A DNA stretch of 64,000 bases from Syntrophorhabdaceae bacterium (GTDB taxonomy: Bacteria; Desulfobacterota; Syntrophorhabdia; Syntrophorhabdales; Syntrophorhabdaceae). Under the pieces are notes generated by a model. It saw nothing but the letters and a program-made list of their open reading frames with translations, had not been told where the DNA came from and did no database searches. Numbering within the stretch: the first letter of the stretch is position 1; every line of letters starts with the position of its first letter. A program made the translations under genes and the position numbers. Of this stretch, positions 61,659 to 64,000 are shown in pieces. Where the stretch lies: positions 4,064,001-4,128,000 of the forward strand of contig OY762209.1 of the NCBI GenBank assembly GCA_963665295.1. Direction: 5' to 3'.

Positions 61659-62510
61659 ATGAAAGAAGGCGGGACCGGGTTGGATGCACAAAAGAAAAAA
61701 GTCCTTGGACTTGTGGGATCTCCTCGCAGACTCGGCAACTGCGAAGTCATGGTCAAGGAAATATCTAACAATATCAAGGAAGAACACACACTCGGACTCA
61801 TCCGCATACCCTCTCTCAACATCCGACCCTGCACGGCCTGTTATGGCTGTGTCATGGACAAACCCTGCCCCAAAACAGACGATATGGCGTTCCTTCTCGA
61901 CAACCTTGCAGGGGCGGATGCCTTTATCATCGCGTCGCCCGTATATTTTCTCGGCGCCCACAGCATATTCAAACAGGTCCTCGACCGGGGCTTCCTTCTC
62001 TACACTATCCTCCCGAGGACCTACGGTAAACCTTGCATCCTCCTCAACCTGTATGGTATGGACGACAGGTTGGGCGCAGCGCCCCACACCCTTATGACAT
62101 TTGCCTCATTCCTCGGCCTGCAAATAAAGGCGCAGGAGAATATCAAGGCCGCCCTCCCGGGAGAAGCCCTTCTCGTCAATGGAATGGCGTCCAGGACAAA
62201 GGCAATGGCAGAGAGCCTGTTTTCCCCGGGCAAAGCCCCCCACAACCACGGCTGTCCTTTCTGCGGGTGCGACATAGCGCGGTTCGGAAAGAAAGAGTTT
62301 ACCTGTACTTTGTGCCACGGGACTTTCCGCCTCGACGGCAAGGGCAACACAGAAGGACTGAAGGAAGGCGGGATCTTCGGAACCCTTGAGCATATGCTCC
62401 TCCACAAGACATGGCTTGCGGGCATGAAGGACGAATTTCTCACGCGAAAGCGTGAGTTGATAAAGATGACCCTGCCCTACAAGGACACAGGGGAATGGCT
62501 CGAACCGTAG
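61659..62510 (+). CDS. Iron-sulfur flavoprotein / flavodoxin-like FMN reductase family protein with C-terminal CxxC pairs
   Basis: GSPRRLGN, CTACYGC-x5-C, ASPVY, DR; C-terminal CPFC and CTLC. Confidence 0.85.
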   Translation: MKEGGTGLDAQKKKVLGLVGSPRRLGNCEVMVKEISNNIKEEHTLGLIRIPSLNIRPCTACYGCVMDKPCPKTDDMAFLLDNLAGADAFIIASPVYFLGAHSIFKQVLDRGFLLYTILPRTYGKPCILLNLYGMDDRLGAAPHTLMTFASFLGLQIKAQENIKAALPGEALLVNGMASRTKAMAESLFSPGKAPHNHGCPFCGCDIARFGKKEFTCTLCHGTFRLDGKGNTEGLKEGGIFGTLEHMLLHKTWLAGMKDEFLTRKRELIKMTLPYKDTGEWLEP

Positions 62511-62639
62511 CCTTATCAAGACAATAAGATGTCATATATCAAATACTTTCACTTCTTATTTCATAACTGACATCATGTTATTATTCTAAGGTTCCGCTTT
62601 CCTGGTCATAGTTGACCCATAACCCGCGCTTCCAACCCG

Positions 62640-63149
62640 TCAGCGGATCTTGCCGAGGGTCTTCGTCGCTTTTCTGAGTTTCTTCGGGAGCTTTCTAGGG
62701 TTACCCTTTTTGGGGAGTCCCCCTTCTTCTTCGTCCCCGAAGTCCTCGACCTTCCCCGACATCTCCCCTCTAATCAGTTCCTCTAATCTCTGGGGCGTAA
62801 TAAAGGCAGTACCCGCTCTCTTGGCTTCGTCGATTATTGCCCGGTCGGAAGTAACCACAACCATGTTCCCTCTTCCCTCTCTGATCCAGCCGATTATCAC
62901 GTCATCCGCCGTCTCGTTTTCCCTGGAGTAGACCACATCCACGCCAAGGTGGTTTTCCCTCTGTCTTCCCGGCGAACGGCTATTGTAGGCATCGAAGACA
63001 ACCGTCACCTTGGAGCCTCTCCGCCTCTTATAGTGGGCGAGTTTGTCCAGTATGGCACGCCTCAGGGTTTCCATGCTCGACCCGCTCTGCACCTGGGGGC
63101 TCGTGGTCCTCATCATGTAGTTGTATCCGTCGATAATAATGTGCGCCAT
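62640..63149 (-). CDS. NYN domain protein (YacP/Rae1-like RNase)
   Basis: IIDGYN, VVFDA, ETADDVI, VVTSD. Confidence 0.9.
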   Translation of the reverse strand: MAHIIIDGYNYMMRTTSPQVQSGSSMETLRRAILDKLAHYKRRRGSKVTVVFDAYNSRSPGRQRENHLGVDVVYSRENETADDVIIGWIREGRGNMVVVTSDRAIIDEAKRAGTAFITPQRLEELIRGEMSGKVEDFGDEEEGGLPKKGNPRKLPKKLRKATKTLGKIR

Positions 63150-63280
63150 AGGAACCCGTCTTTATTTTGCGCGGCGGAACCAGCCGTGGGGTGATGCCGG
63201 TAGCGGGCGCCGGCCCCCAGGGCCAACTTGTTGTGAACCGCCCCGGAAGCCTCAAGGGCGGACGACAATACTGCCGAAAA

Positions 63281-63727
63281 CTACCTGGAGCGGGCCGGCT
63301 TCACTGTTTCGCGCAGCCCTTCCTCTTTGTAATGGTCCTTCATGATCCTGTCAAGGACTCCATTGATAAATTCACCCGAGTCTTCGCTTCCATATTTCTT
63401 GGCCAACTCGATAGCCTCGTCGATAGCCACCTTCGGCGGCACGTCCGGAGAGAAAAGCATCTCGTATATGCTCAACCTCATAATTCCCTTATCGACATAG
63501 GTAATGCGACCCAGCTTCCAGTTGTCGCAGGCACGCTCAATATATGCGTCGATCTTCTCCCGCTCTTGCTTCACCCCCGACAGTATGGAGTCCGCATAGG
63601 ATACTATGTCCTGCTGGTAAGGAAAGGACTCACAATACCGGGCCAGCGCATGCTCGGGATCGTTGCCGTTCGTTTCGAACTGGTACAGCATTCTCAGCGC
63701 TAATTCTCTTGCTTTTCGTCTACGCAC
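63281..63727 (-). CDS. nusB: Transcription antitermination factor NusB
   Basis: RRKARELAL, VAIDEAIELAKKYG, FINGVLD. Confidence 0.96.
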   Translation of the reverse strand: MRRRKARELALRMLYQFETNGNDPEHALARYCESFPYQQDIVSYADSILSGVKQEREKIDAYIERACDNWKLGRITYVDKGIMRLSIYEMLFSPDVPPKVAIDEAIELAKKYGSEDSGEFINGVLDRIMKDHYKEEGLRETVKPARSR

Positions 63728-63733
63728 ACGGCC

Positions 63734-64000
63734 TCATTTTTTTAACAGATTTGCCATTTCAATAATGGAGACAGCGGCGTCAAACCCCTTGTTTCCCGAC
63801 TTCGTGCCGGCGCGCTCTATTGCCTGCTCTATGTTCTCACTGGTAATAACTCCAAAAGAAATGGGTTTTTCGCTTTCAAGGGAAACCAGCGCGATGCCTT
63901 TCGCCACTTCGGAAGCGACATATTCAAAATGGGGGGTAGCCCCTCGAATAACCGCCCCCAGACAAATAATACCGTCGAGATCCGCTTTCTTCGACAGGCG
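63734..64000 (-). CDS. ribH: 6,7-dimethyl-8-ribityllumazine synthase, 5' end outside window
   Basis: Not in ORF track. Manual translation gives [24 protein letters not shown]...[25 protein letters not shown]; stop at 63734-36. Confidence 0.96.
   Translation of the reverse strand, partial: RLSKKADLDGIICLGAVIRGATPHFEYVASEVAKGIALVSLESEKPISFGVITSENIEQAIERAGTKSGNKGFDAAVSIIEMANLLKK

Noticed and set aside
63160..63270. SRP RNA (ffs)
   Set aside because: No CAGG..GGAA..AGCAG domain IV motif on either strand.

Overview
This is a gene-dense core-chromosome segment of an anaerobic diderm bacterium. Gene content and order (lptFG, pal, tsaE-lysC-cimA, ftsH-folP-cdaA-cdaR-glmM-pdxJ-acpS-nnr, a NarI/CCG Fe-S oxidoreductase) point to a deltaproteobacterial (Desulfobacterota) syntroph, possibly Syntrophorhabdaceae-like; this is inference only. 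It holds about 55 CDS and one tRNA-Phe(GAA). Main blocks are the rimP-nusA-infB-rbfA-truB-rpsO-pnp-dut-xerD-CCA-scpA-sppA superoperon, the ftsH-to-cimA superoperon, envelope genes, glycogen genes and ugd-uxs. Three CDS missed by the ORF track were recovered: a GH57 running off the left edge, a 57-aa ferredoxin, and ribH running off the right edge. No transposase, prophage, integron or CRISPR array is visible, and I see no clear-cut novel multi-gene system. The best leads are: (1) a recurrent promoter-to-start-codon geometry implying widespread leaderless mRNAs; (2) a stand-alone LeuA/CimA allosteric domain coupled to cimA; (3) a candidate structured small RNA or micro-ORF unit at about 6.6-6.8 kb; (4) an in-frame insertion in XerD bounded by 9-bp direct repeats; (5) several uncharacterised small Cys-rich or membrane proteins. 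All product calls come from motif recognition by eye, not from database searches.
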